From: Poseidonia sp.
GTDB lineage: Archaea > Thermoplasmatota > Poseidoniia > Poseidoniales > Poseidoniaceae
DNA length: 64,000 nt
Assembly: GCA_030829545.1 (NCBI GenBank)
Contig: JAURAI010000005.1
Coordinates: 12,088 to 76,087 of the forward strand
Reading direction: 5' to 3'
Below, piece by piece: positions 9,609 through 17,485 of this stretch (its first letter is position 1; every line of letters begins with the position of its first letter). The notes under the pieces are model-generated. The model searched no databases and had not been told where the DNA came from. It was given only the letters and a program-made list of their open reading frames with translations. The position numbers and the translations under genes are program-made.

Positions 9609-10217
9609 TCATGACGAGGAAGCTGGTTCTTCGTCCTTCCATTCTCCAGCCTCATGCATCTTGCTGGCCTTCCAAAAACCGTACATTGCAATCACGTTCG
9701 CAACGTGAGCTGTTGTGCAATATTGACAAATTTTCTCCATTTGAATCTCATAGGAAATCAGGAGTCCAATGACGAGGAGTCCACTTGCTGTGAGGTAGAA
9801 GCCCCACTTCATATAACGAGCAGCCCAGCGTGCATCGGGCTCTTTCGCAACGGTATTGGCAAAGAAAAGAAACGTTCCAAAGGCAAACATACCGATGAGC
9901 CCCCAAGATATACCGAAGATTGGATCCACATTGTAGGAAGCGTTGCCCAGTACATCATCGCAGGAAAAGACAGTGGCGCTTGAACACACGGAGCCCCCTT
10001 CGCTTATTTTGTTTGAAATCCACAAGGTGTGGACTGAAATTGCAATACCGACAAAGGTAACGATGTTCAAACCAAGCAAATGACGGCGGCGGCGATGTAC
10101 GAGTGAGGGATAGCGCGATGAGAGCGACGTGCCGAGGGTGTCACCGGCCTTGGTCATGAACGCAGTACCAACAAGCAAAGGGATGATGTAGGCGAGAAGT
10201 ATGATGTTTTCATTCAT
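9609..10217 (-). CDS. Vitamin K epoxide reductase (VKOR) family membrane oxidoreductase
   Basis: Polytopic membrane protein. It has the loop Cys pair CSSATVFSCDDVLGNASY and the TM redox motif CQYCTTAHVANV, which are the two VKOR hallmarks. Confidence 0.8.
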   Translation of the reverse strand: MNENIILLAYIIPLLVGTAFMTKAGDTLGTSLSSRYPSLVHRRRRHLLGLNIVTFVGIAISVHTLWISNKISEGGSVCSSATVFSCDDVLGNASYNVDPIFGISWGLIGMFAFGTFLFFANTVAKEPDARWAARYMKWGFYLTASGLLVIGLLISYEIQMEKICQYCTTAHVANVIAMYGFWKASKMHEAGEWKDEEPASSS

Positions 10218-10911
10218 TTGGCATCAACCCCTGTTCGTCGAAAAGCCTGAAAAGACCGTCCGATACTTTCTCTTGGGGATGTTCAGAATGAACCCATGCT
10301 ACAATGCCGTCAGGCTGGATGATAAAGTAGGATGGCGTACCTGGAATTTTCCATTCTTGCATGTTTTCTTGGTCAATGTCATCGACATACATGAAATTAT
10401 GAGCGCTCCCCTGACGACTGCTGCAAGCATTACCTGCGCAGGATGAATCACCTGTTTTATCTCTGAAGGAGATAATTTCCGCTCGGCTTGAGTCGTGTCC
10501 TTTGATGTTCAACTCAGTAGCACTTGCTACGAAGTTCACAGTTGGACCGTTCCAGGCAGGAGTGCCATCAGTGTCCTTAGAAATTTTCATGAAAAAATCA
10601 GCCACTTGACCGAATTCATCAGCATCACGAAGACAAAATGTACAATCAGTGTCCATGAATTCCACGACCAGCCATTCACCATTGGCGTCGCCAACCGTCC
10701 AGTTCGTGGTCATGTAGTCGTCCATATTGAATTGAGTCCAACCACTACCGTTGTACATCATGCCTTCAAGAGGCGGAGCACGTTCACCTTCTTTTGTTCC
10801 GGTTTTGATTGGGCTTGTGGTGAATGCAAGGAAAATGATAGCCACAAAAAAGAGTGCTAAGATTTTGATGGCAGTATCCGTTCGTACGTCAGCTTCGGTA
10901 TTTTCTTTCAT
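10210..10911 (-). CDS. TlpA/ResA-like membrane-anchored thiol:disulfide oxidoreductase
   Basis: N-terminal TM IKILALFFVAIIFLAF. Thioredoxin-like motif WLVVEFMDTDCTFC, with a later KIPGTPSYFIIQPDG. It overlaps VKOR by 8 nt and the upstream epimerase by 4 nt. Confidence 0.75.
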   Translation of the reverse strand: MKENTEADVRTDTAIKILALFFVAIIFLAFTTSPIKTGTKEGERAPPLEGMMYNGSGWTQFNMDDYMTTNWTVGDANGEWLVVEFMDTDCTFCLRDADEFGQVADFFMKISKDTDGTPAWNGPTVNFVASATELNIKGHDSSRAEIISFRDKTGDSSCAGNACSSRQGSAHNFMYVDDIDQENMQEWKIPGTPSYFIIQPDGIVAWVHSEHPQEKVSDGLFRLFDEQGLMPNE

Positions 10912-11867
10912 GATTCATCCTCCAATCCAATTTCTGCGAGCAGGGATTCAGCCGTGTGACGTATGGCTTCTTCGCTGTCCATGCCTACATCAAAGCCACT
11001 TTCTAACATTTTGTTGATGGAGAGACGGGCTTTTGGAATATCGCCGGCCCAGCCACGATCTCCTCCAGTATACTCGATTTGAGCATCCTTGCATCCCGTA
11101 ACATCCACCACAATTTCAGCAATGGTCCGAACAGAGGCAGTGTCATGGCTACCGAGGTTGTAGAGATTCAATGGTTCGTTTGCAATGGACATGACGTGAA
11201 GGATAGCATCTGCACAATCGCCAACTTCCATGTAGGACTTTTCTTGGAGTCCATTGCCCAAGACTTCGAGCCGAGTGGGGTCCTTTCGTAATTTGTGAAT
11301 GAAATCGAAAATGACACCGTGTGTTCCACGTGCTCCGATGATGTTTGCAAACCTGAAGATCCAAGCTTGCAAGCCAAAGGTACCAACCCAACTGCTGATC
11401 AGGCCTTCTCCTGCTTGCTTGCTCGCTCCGTAGAGGGAAATAGGCATGCACGGCCCATAATCTTCAGGCGTTGGAAGAGGGGCTCCTTCGCCATAAACTA
11501 CTGAACTGGAGGCAAAGGCGATTTTCTTGACATCGCAGCGACGCATGGCTTCAACGACGTTGTATGTTGCAATGGTTCCTTGTTTGAGGTCGGTGTCGGT
11601 AACACGGGTCCCCAAGCGTATGTCGGGATTTGCTGCGAGGTGGAACACACAATCGATATCTTCATTCATCGCTGCATGGACGTCTTCGAAATTGCACAAA
11701 TCGCCTTTGATGACCTTGACCTGACCCGTTGATTGATGATGGTCAAGAAATGAGAGCTGTCCGCTTGAAAGATTATCCAATACGACGATATGGTCTCCAC
11801 GGGACACCAACCGGTCAATGAGGTGTGAACCGATAAATCCTGCACCACCTGTCACCAAGGCTCGCAT
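10908..11867 (-). CDS. NAD-dependent nucleotide-sugar epimerase/dehydratase
   Basis: From the ATG at 11867 it reads MRALVTGGAGFIGSHLIDRL (Rossmann GxxGxxG) and later YGASK (YxxxK). The listed start at 12122 adds 85 non-homologous residues that overlap another gene. Confidence 0.85.
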   Translation of the reverse strand: MRALVTGGAGFIGSHLIDRLVSRGDHIVVLDNLSSGQLSFLDHHQSTGQVKVIKGDLCNFEDVHAAMNEDIDCVFHLAANPDIRLGTRVTDTDLKQGTIATYNVVEAMRRCDVKKIAFASSSVVYGEGAPLPTPEDYGPCMPISLYGASKQAGEGLISSWVGTFGLQAWIFRFANIIGARGTHGVIFDFIHKLRKDPTRLEVLGNGLQEKSYMEVGDCADAILHVMSIANEPLNLYNLGSHDTASVRTIAEIVVDVTGCKDAQIEYTGGDRGWAGDIPKARLSINKMLESGFDVGMDSEEAIRHTAESLLAEIGLEDES

Positions 11868-11991
11868 GGACGAACCACCCCCAGCGCTCGTATAAGGGAA
11901 ATGGTTGCTCTCTGGATACCCGCCATGACATTGAAATCCATTGAAGTTGAACCTTAAGTTCCTGAGGAAGACCCTCGGAGGAGGTGAATAC

Positions 11992-12237
11992 GTGAAGAAA
12001 ACCAAAACTGTGACCGAAGAGGCAATGGACAACAATATCCTGGTTGGATATGTCCGACGCAGCAATGCTGGAGGCGCTCTCAAAGTGTCGATCAATACCG
12101 CTGCCTTTGCCGACTGCAGCACCTACATGACCAGTGACGGTCAGGCCTATGTCCCGTTGGTCATATCCCTGGCTGCATTGAACAAGGTGCTTGAAGGTGA
12201 GCGTGCTGTCACGACGGTGAGTCAACTGCAAGACTGA
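11992..12237 (+). CDS. Small hypothetical protein (about 70-82 aa), Lys-rich N-terminus
   Basis: The GTG at 11992 lies 7 nt after GGAGGAGG; an alternative ATG is at 12025. The translation ...ILVGYVRRSNAGGALKVSINTAAF...DGQAYVPLVISLAALNKVLEGERAVTTVSQL looks protein-like. A strong hairpin plus T5 follows the gene. Confidence 0.45.
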   Translation: MKKTKTVTEEAMDNNILVGYVRRSNAGGALKVSINTAAFADCSTYMTSDGQAYVPLVISLAALNKVLEGERAVTTVSQLQD

Positions 12238-12284
12238 GAGCGCACGGTGCGCATTCAGCCTTCCTTCTCTGTGAGAAGTACAAC

Positions 12285-12324
12285 GCTTGGAGAGCGGTTA
12301 CGACCGCTCTCCAAGCCCCTTTTT
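12285..12324 (+). terminator. Stem-loop plus T-tract (intrinsic-terminator-like)
   Basis: A perfect 14-bp stem (GCTTGGAGAGCGGT / ACCGCTCTCCAAGC) with loop TACG is followed by CCC and TTTTT at 12320-12324. It lies 48 nt after the stop at 12237. Confidence 0.45.
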
Positions 12325-12367
12325 CTGTCAAACTGAATCTCATTCTTAAATACGCATAAATAGAAGA

Positions 12368-13330
12368 TTGATTTACAATAGAAATGTGACTCCTCGTGAT
12401 TCACCCTCATCTGAGGGCAAGCCCTACGTTGTTGCAGGGATGCCAATGTACAACGAGGAGGAAACCATTGGCACGGTTGTGACAAGAGCACTTCGACATG
12501 TTGACGAAGTTATCTGCATCGATGATGGCTCCTCTGACTCGAGTGCACGAATCGCAGAAGCCTGTGGTGCGAAAGTGATCCGCCACAGGATGAACCGTGG
12601 CTACGGTGGAGCTCTCAAGACTCTCTTTATGCATGCTACAAAAATGGACGTAGACGCCTTGGTCCTCCTTGATTCAGACGGCCAGCATGATACCAACGAC
12701 ATCCCGAAGATGTTGACCCCAATTCTAAGCGGCGAGGCCGATTTCACCATTGGCTCCCGTTTCGTTGACGGTGGCGGAGGAACCGATATGCCAGCCTACA
12801 GAAGATTGGGCATCAAAGTGATCACAGCTGCTTCCAACCTTACCAGTGATTTGGGCATCAAAGACACCCAATCTGGGTTCCGCGCATTTTCAAGAACCGC
12901 ATTGGAGCGACTTCGTTTTGACGCAGAAGGCATGGAATTGTCCCTTGAAATGCTTGAAGACGCTCATGATAAGCAACTTGCTGTACTTGAAGTACCAACC
13001 ATCATTCGATATGACGTACCCAAGGGTTCCAACTTTACAGCGGTTTCACACGGCTTTACCGTGATGACATGGGCGCTCCTCTCGCTGTCTCAAAAGAAAC
13101 CATTGCTCGTTCTTGGAATCCCTGGTTTCGGCCTTTTAGCAGCAGGTGCTGCTATGGGCATGCGAACCGCTCAGGGCTTTACCATGCAGGTTGACAACAT
13201 CATTGGCTCGGGAATTTCAGCAATATGGATCGGACTGCTCGGCCTTTCACTCATGGCAACTGGCTTGGTCCTCCAAAGCGCCCAACGTTTCCTCAAACTG
13301 CTGCTCGTCCGTGAATTCGGCTTGGACTAA
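12368..13330 (+). CDS. Family 2 glycosyltransferase (dolichyl-phosphate hexose synthase-like) with C-terminal TM helices
   Basis: Contains VVAGMPMYNEEETIGTVV...VICIDDGSSDSSARIAE...LDSDGQH (GT2 DxD region) and two C-terminal hydrophobic helices. The start is uncertain: TTG 12368, GTG 12386 or a later ATG. Confidence 0.8.
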   Translation: MIYNRNVTPRDSPSSEGKPYVVAGMPMYNEEETIGTVVTRALRHVDEVICIDDGSSDSSARIAEACGAKVIRHRMNRGYGGALKTLFMHATKMDVDALVLLDSDGQHDTNDIPKMLTPILSGEADFTIGSRFVDGGGGTDMPAYRRLGIKVITAASNLTSDLGIKDTQSGFRAFSRTALERLRFDAEGMELSLEMLEDAHDKQLAVLEVPTIIRYDVPKGSNFTAVSHGFTVMTWALLSLSQKKPLLVLGIPGFGLLAAGAAMGMRTAQGFTMQVDNIIGSGISAIWIGLLGLSLMATGLVLQSAQRFLKLLLVREFGLD

Positions 13331-13333
13331 CAT

Positions 13334-13621
13334 TCATCCGATCACTTGCATTGCGAGTGAAATCAAGTACGGGGCAGCAAACAATCCGAAAAAGACGAAC
13401 ATAAGGATTCTCACCGTTCGTTGATTTTTCTCATCGCGTTCGTTCTTATCGACACACTCTTCGCTCGTGCAAACACGAGGTTCTGCAGCCAATGGAATGG
13501 TCGTATGGCAGATACGACAGTGCTTGTGTGGCTGAACTTTACCAGAACTGCCGTTCACAGCACCCATGATTTTGTTGGTTTTCTTGGCCACCATATCCTT
13601 CACCTTTTTTGCATCCACCAT
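13334..13621 (-). CDS. DUF2116-like Zn-ribbon protein with C-terminal TM helix
   Basis: Contains HKHCRICHTTIPLAAEPRVCTSEECVDKNERDEKNQR followed by the hydrophobic ILMFVFFGLFAAPYLISLAM. Confidence 0.55.
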   Translation of the reverse strand: MVDAKKVKDMVAKKTNKIMGAVNGSSGKVQPHKHCRICHTTIPLAAEPRVCTSEECVDKNERDEKNQRTVRILMFVFFGLFAAPYLISLAMQVIG

Positions 13622-13629
13622 GTCCTCAC

Positions 13630-14337
13630 CTACGCTCGTATAATCGTTCCAATGAATTCTTTTCCTTCAAGAGCGTCGTCCAGTCGTGAAAGATCTCGCC
13701 CGTCAAGAACGGCCAAATCCAGCGAGGCATCCATGGCTGCTTGAACTGCCATGGGGTCAATAACAGCAGAAGCACCGGGCGCTAGGGGCGTACCAACACC
13801 CGTGATGGCTGCTAATTCGTCCAGAGTCAATTCCATCAAGGCCTCAGCATCATCATGATGACGTGGATCTTTGGAATAGACATGGTCAACGTTCGTAGCG
13901 ATGATACAGTGACGTGCTTGAACGCTTGCTGCCAATTGAACGGCAACTGTATCGGTCGTATGACCGGGTTCTGTGCCACCCATGACGACCACATGATGAT
14001 GGTCAAAAAGTGTACGGGCCACCTCTATAGAATGAGGCACTAAAGGGGCGACATCGCAACCAATCTCAAGGAGGACTTGCTGAAGAACGGTTGCGTTGAT
14101 GCGCGTGCCTGCAATCCCGATTTGGTCCAAGCGTCGAGGATCTTTGATGGAGGATTGAGCGAGTTGAATGCCTTCACGTGCCGGCAACCCGCCGCCAATA
14201 ACGAGGCCTAATTTGCGCCCGTTGCCCTCAAGATGAACCACCAATTGTCGTAAGCGGCCGAGCCACATTTCCCGATCGTCCGCTTCTTCAGGCCGCAGAA
14301 GACTACCGCCGAGAGCAACGACATGGATGACGCTCAT
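13630..14337 (-). CDS. pyrH: Uridylate (UMP) kinase, archaeal type
   Basis: From the ATG at 14337 it gives a 235-aa amino-acid-kinase-fold protein: MSVIHVVALGGSLL...LVIGGG...VVVMGGTEPGHTTDTVA...ATNVDHVYSKDP. The listed 385-aa form is a spurious extension across the divergent aRF1 start. Confidence 0.8.
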   Translation of the reverse strand: MSVIHVVALGGSLLRPEEADDREMWLGRLRQLVVHLEGNGRKLGLVIGGGLPAREGIQLAQSSIKDPRRLDQIGIAGTRINATVLQQVLLEIGCDVAPLVPHSIEVARTLFDHHHVVVMGGTEPGHTTDTVAVQLAASVQARHCIIATNVDHVYSKDPRHHDDAEALMELTLDELAAITGVGTPLAPGASAVIDPMAVQAAMDASLDLAVLDGRDLSRLDDALEGKEFIGTIIRA

Positions 14338-14461
14338 GGATGATGTGCAGCGCGTCCATTCTTTCATCCTATCCCCTCCACCCTCCAAGACAATCTGCAA
14401 GGTTGACCAATAGGAGAGGGTTGAAATGCCTCGCTTGAGCACACCCAAAACGGGGACTCGT

Positions 14462-15721
14462 ATGTCAGACGATGCAAAGTTATCAGCACGTCGCGTACGA
14501 CTCAAAGTAGCGCTTGAGGAATTAAGGGAAATGAAAGGCTTTGGCACCGAATTGGTCAGCCTCATCATACCGCCCGACAGGCAGATCTCTGACGCCCGCT
14601 CGATGCTCCAAAATGAACACGGCCAAGCAGCCAATATCAAATCAAAAGGGACTCGGAAAAACGTACAAGGGGCCATTGAGTCCGCCATCTCAACCCTCAG
14701 TCGCTTCAAAACCCCGGGAGAACACGGGTTGGCGATTTTTGTTGGTTCAATCATTATCGGCAACAATCGAAACCGAATGGTAAGCATCGTGATTGAAGAA
14801 CCACCTCAAGAACTCATTTCATTCCGTTACCGATGCGATTCACGTTTTGAACTGACGCAACTGGAAGAGATGCTGATCGATAAGAAATCATACGGACTTT
14901 TTGTGATTGACCGTTCAGAAGCAGCTTACGGGATTGCAACCGGAAAAAGAATCCATGTTCAGGAGCATCTTGTTTCAAACATCATGGGCAAGCACAGGCA
15001 AGGTGGGCAATCGGCACAACGGTTTGAACGATTGATTGAAGAAGCCGCTCATAATTTTTTCAAACGCGCCACAGAACATGCAAGTTCTTACTGGCTTCCT
15101 CATCTTGAAAACATCCAGGCCATCATCATTGGTGGACCTGGGGCCACAAAGGATTTCGTAGTCAAAAATGATTATTTCCATCATGAGGTTCACAAGAAAA
15201 TCGCCAAAACCCATTTCGATGTCGGATATTCAAACGAATCAGGAGTTCGAGAACTGGTGGACAATGCAGGAGCATTGATGGGGGAAATTGAACTTGATGC
15301 AGAACGACAAATGATGAACCGATTTTTGCAAGAACTCATCAAAAGCCACCCCAAAGCGACCTATGGTGAGATGATGATCAACAATGCACTTGAACAAGGG
15401 GCAGTTGACACACTCCTGATCTCCGAGGGCCTTCGAGGAAATAACGTGCAATTGCAGTGTAAAAAATGCTCCAATGGCATCGAAAACAAATGGGTCGTAC
15501 GCTTGCAGCGTGATGAAGAACTGCCGTCTTGCCCAGAATGTTCTGCAAGCGGTGACGCCATCAAAGAAATCGCCAGTCATTCCATGATTGATTCATTGAC
15601 ATCTGATGCGGAAGAGAGTAAAACGAGCGTGGTTTACATTTCAGTTGACACTGAAGAAGGTGCTCAACTCATGGAAGGCTTTGGTGGACTTGCTGCCATT
15701 TTGCGCTACCCAATGATGTGA
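14462..15721 (+). CDS. prf1: Peptide chain release factor aRF1
   Basis: It carries NIKS (AANIKSKG), YxCxxxF (YRCDSRF) and GGQ (RQGGQSAQRF). A CxxC...CxxC insertion sits in the C-domain. The start is ATG 14462 or 14426. Confidence 0.9.
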   Translation: MSDDAKLSARRVRLKVALEELREMKGFGTELVSLIIPPDRQISDARSMLQNEHGQAANIKSKGTRKNVQGAIESAISTLSRFKTPGEHGLAIFVGSIIIGNNRNRMVSIVIEEPPQELISFRYRCDSRFELTQLEEMLIDKKSYGLFVIDRSEAAYGIATGKRIHVQEHLVSNIMGKHRQGGQSAQRFERLIEEAAHNFFKRATEHASSYWLPHLENIQAIIIGGPGATKDFVVKNDYFHHEVHKKIAKTHFDVGYSNESGVRELVDNAGALMGEIELDAERQMMNRFLQELIKSHPKATYGEMMINNALEQGAVDTLLISEGLRGNNVQLQCKKCSNGIENKWVVRLQRDEELPSCPECSASGDAIKEIASHSMIDSLTSDAEESKTSVVYISVDTEEGAQLMEGFGGLAAILRYPMM

Positions 15722-15730
15722 GGACTAAGC

Positions 15731-17485
15731 ATGCAATTGTTGAAAGAGCAAATTTTGCCACTGGTCGAACAGGCAGTGAGCGCCTTTGGGGCAACGGACC
15801 TACCTGTTGCAAGCATGCTTCAGCCAGCACGAGAACTTGACCAAGGCGACCTTACTCTCCCGTGTTTCCCATTTGCAAAAGCCTTCAAAATGTCACCTGT
15901 TGAAATTGCAGAAACATTGGCTGCAAGCATACCAGAACACGCATCTCTAAGCGAAGTCACAGCCATCAATGGCTACCTTAACTTCCGAGTTTCTCCTCGG
16001 TGGCTTGCTTCGCAACTGCTTAACGGCGCAATGGAAACCACGCATGAAGTTTCAGACCGCTCCGTCCTCATTGAACACACGTCTGCTAATCCCAACGGCC
16101 CTTTCCACGTGGGTCGTGCCCGAAATGCAATTTTGGGAGACACCTTGGTTCGACTGCATCGTTTGTGGGGCCATGATGTGACGGCAGAATACTATGTTGA
16201 CGACATGGGGAAACAAGTTGCAGTCCTTGCGTGGGCCCTCGAGCACCTGAGCCAAACCGATGTTGAGACGCTGCTTCATGACCGTGAGGCATCCAATCCA
16301 ACCTGGGAAGGGAAAGCTGACCACCAACGTGTCCGCTGGTACCAAGCAGCCCAAAAACTCCGTCAAGATGAGAACGAAGCACCACCCATTGAGAAAGCGA
16401 TTGGAGAACTTGTCCATGCGAGTGAGAACGGGGATGAAGGCGTTCTTCAAGCCTTTGAGGATGCCTATCAACCGGTTTTGGACGGGATGTTGGAAACACT
16501 GGGACGATTGGGCATTCAATTTGACAGGTTTACCAAAGAGTCGCGGTTCGTCACCAACGGAGACGTCACCGCCCTGATGGATGAACTCGGAGCACTGGAA
16601 ATCAACGGCGTAGCAGATAACGGAGCACAATTTATTGACCTCGGAGCAAGGGGATTGAAAGGGAAAACTGAGTTCTTTTATCGACGAGGAGACGGTTCAT
16701 CCCTCTATGCGACCCGAGATATTGCTTACCATCGCTGGAAGTGGAGCATGAGCAATGAACTCATCAATGTGCTTGGCGAAGACCATAAGTTGCAAGCAAA
16801 ACAAGTCGGTTTGACACTTGAGGAATTGGGCCACCAACGACCTGAAGTCGTGTTTTATTCATTCATCAAATTACCAGAGGGAAAGATGTCAACGCGACAG
16901 GGGAATGTTGTCTTCATGGACGATCTCCTTGAAGAAGCAAAGGCACAGGCTGGCAAGGTCGTTTCGGAATTACGCCCTGACTATGAACAAGAAACCATTG
17001 ACCAAATTGCTGAAGCCGTTGGCACCTCAGCAGTTCGGTTCAACATCATTAACGTCAGCCCTGAGAAAGGATTCTCGTTCCGTTGGGAAGACGCCTTGAG
17101 TTTTGAATCCGGTTCGGCTCCATTCATCATGTACAGCCACACACGAGCCTGTTCCATCCATCGTCGCGTGTCCAGTCTCGAATCCTCTGAGGGAAGCGAC
17201 GCTCTGGACATTCCAGATGTACTTCCGCAAGGCCTCGTGGACCTTCTGAGAGTACTTGGACGCCACAACGATTGTTTGCGAAAGGTCGTTCACGACCATC
17301 GCCCCCATCTCTTCGCAGAACAATTACTCCATCTGGCCAATGGCTACAATGCATTTTACCGAGACTGCTACATCATTGATGAGGGTGAAGTGAATCAATT
17401 CTTCTATCAAGTCTCTGAACTGGCTCGTGATGTATTACGCAATGGCATGATTGGATTGGGCATCATCCCACTTGAATCGATGTGA
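15731..17485 (+). CDS. argS: Arginyl-tRNA synthetase
   Basis: HTSANPNGPFHVGRARNAILGD (class I HIGH region), MSTRQG (KMSK-like) and a C-terminal DALR-type helical domain ending ...GLGIIPLESM. Confidence 0.9.
   Translation: MQLLKEQILPLVEQAVSAFGATDLPVASMLQPARELDQGDLTLPCFPFAKAFKMSPVEIAETLAASIPEHASLSEVTAINGYLNFRVSPRWLASQLLNGAMETTHEVSDRSVLIEHTSANPNGPFHVGRARNAILGDTLVRLHRLWGHDVTAEYYVDDMGKQVAVLAWALEHLSQTDVETLLHDREASNPTWEGKADHQRVRWYQAAQKLRQDENEAPPIEKAIGELVHASENGDEGVLQAFEDAYQPVLDGMLETLGRLGIQFDRFTKESRFVTNGDVTALMDELGALEINGVADNGAQFIDLGARGLKGKTEFFYRRGDGSSLYATRDIAYHRWKWSMSNELINVLGEDHKLQAKQVGLTLEELGHQRPEVVFYSFIKLPEGKMSTRQGNVVFMDDLLEEAKAQAGKVVSELRPDYEQETIDQIAEAVGTSAVRFNIINVSPEKGFSFRWEDALSFESGSAPFIMYSHTRACSIHRRVSSLESSEGSDALDIPDVLPQGLVDLLRVLGRHNDCLRKVVHDHRPHLFAEQLLHLANGYNAFYRDCYIIDEGEVNQFFYQVSELARDVLRNGMIGLGIIPLESM

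Noticed and set aside
11868-12122. Long N-terminal extensions in the ORF track for the epimerase (to 12122), UMP kinase (to 14787) and RlmE (to 7831)
   Set aside because: In each case the family's N-terminal motif (GGAGFIGSH, VVALGGS, FtsJ core) begins just after an internal ATG. The extension also overlaps a better-supported divergent gene or promoter region.
15458-15541. CxxC...CxxC zinc-ribbon-like insertion in the C-domain of aRF1 (CKKCSNGIENKWVVRLQRDEELPSCPEC)
   Set aside because: I believe e/aRF1 C-domains commonly carry a mini-domain at this position, with Cys pairs in some archaea. Without an alignment I cannot claim it is unusual.
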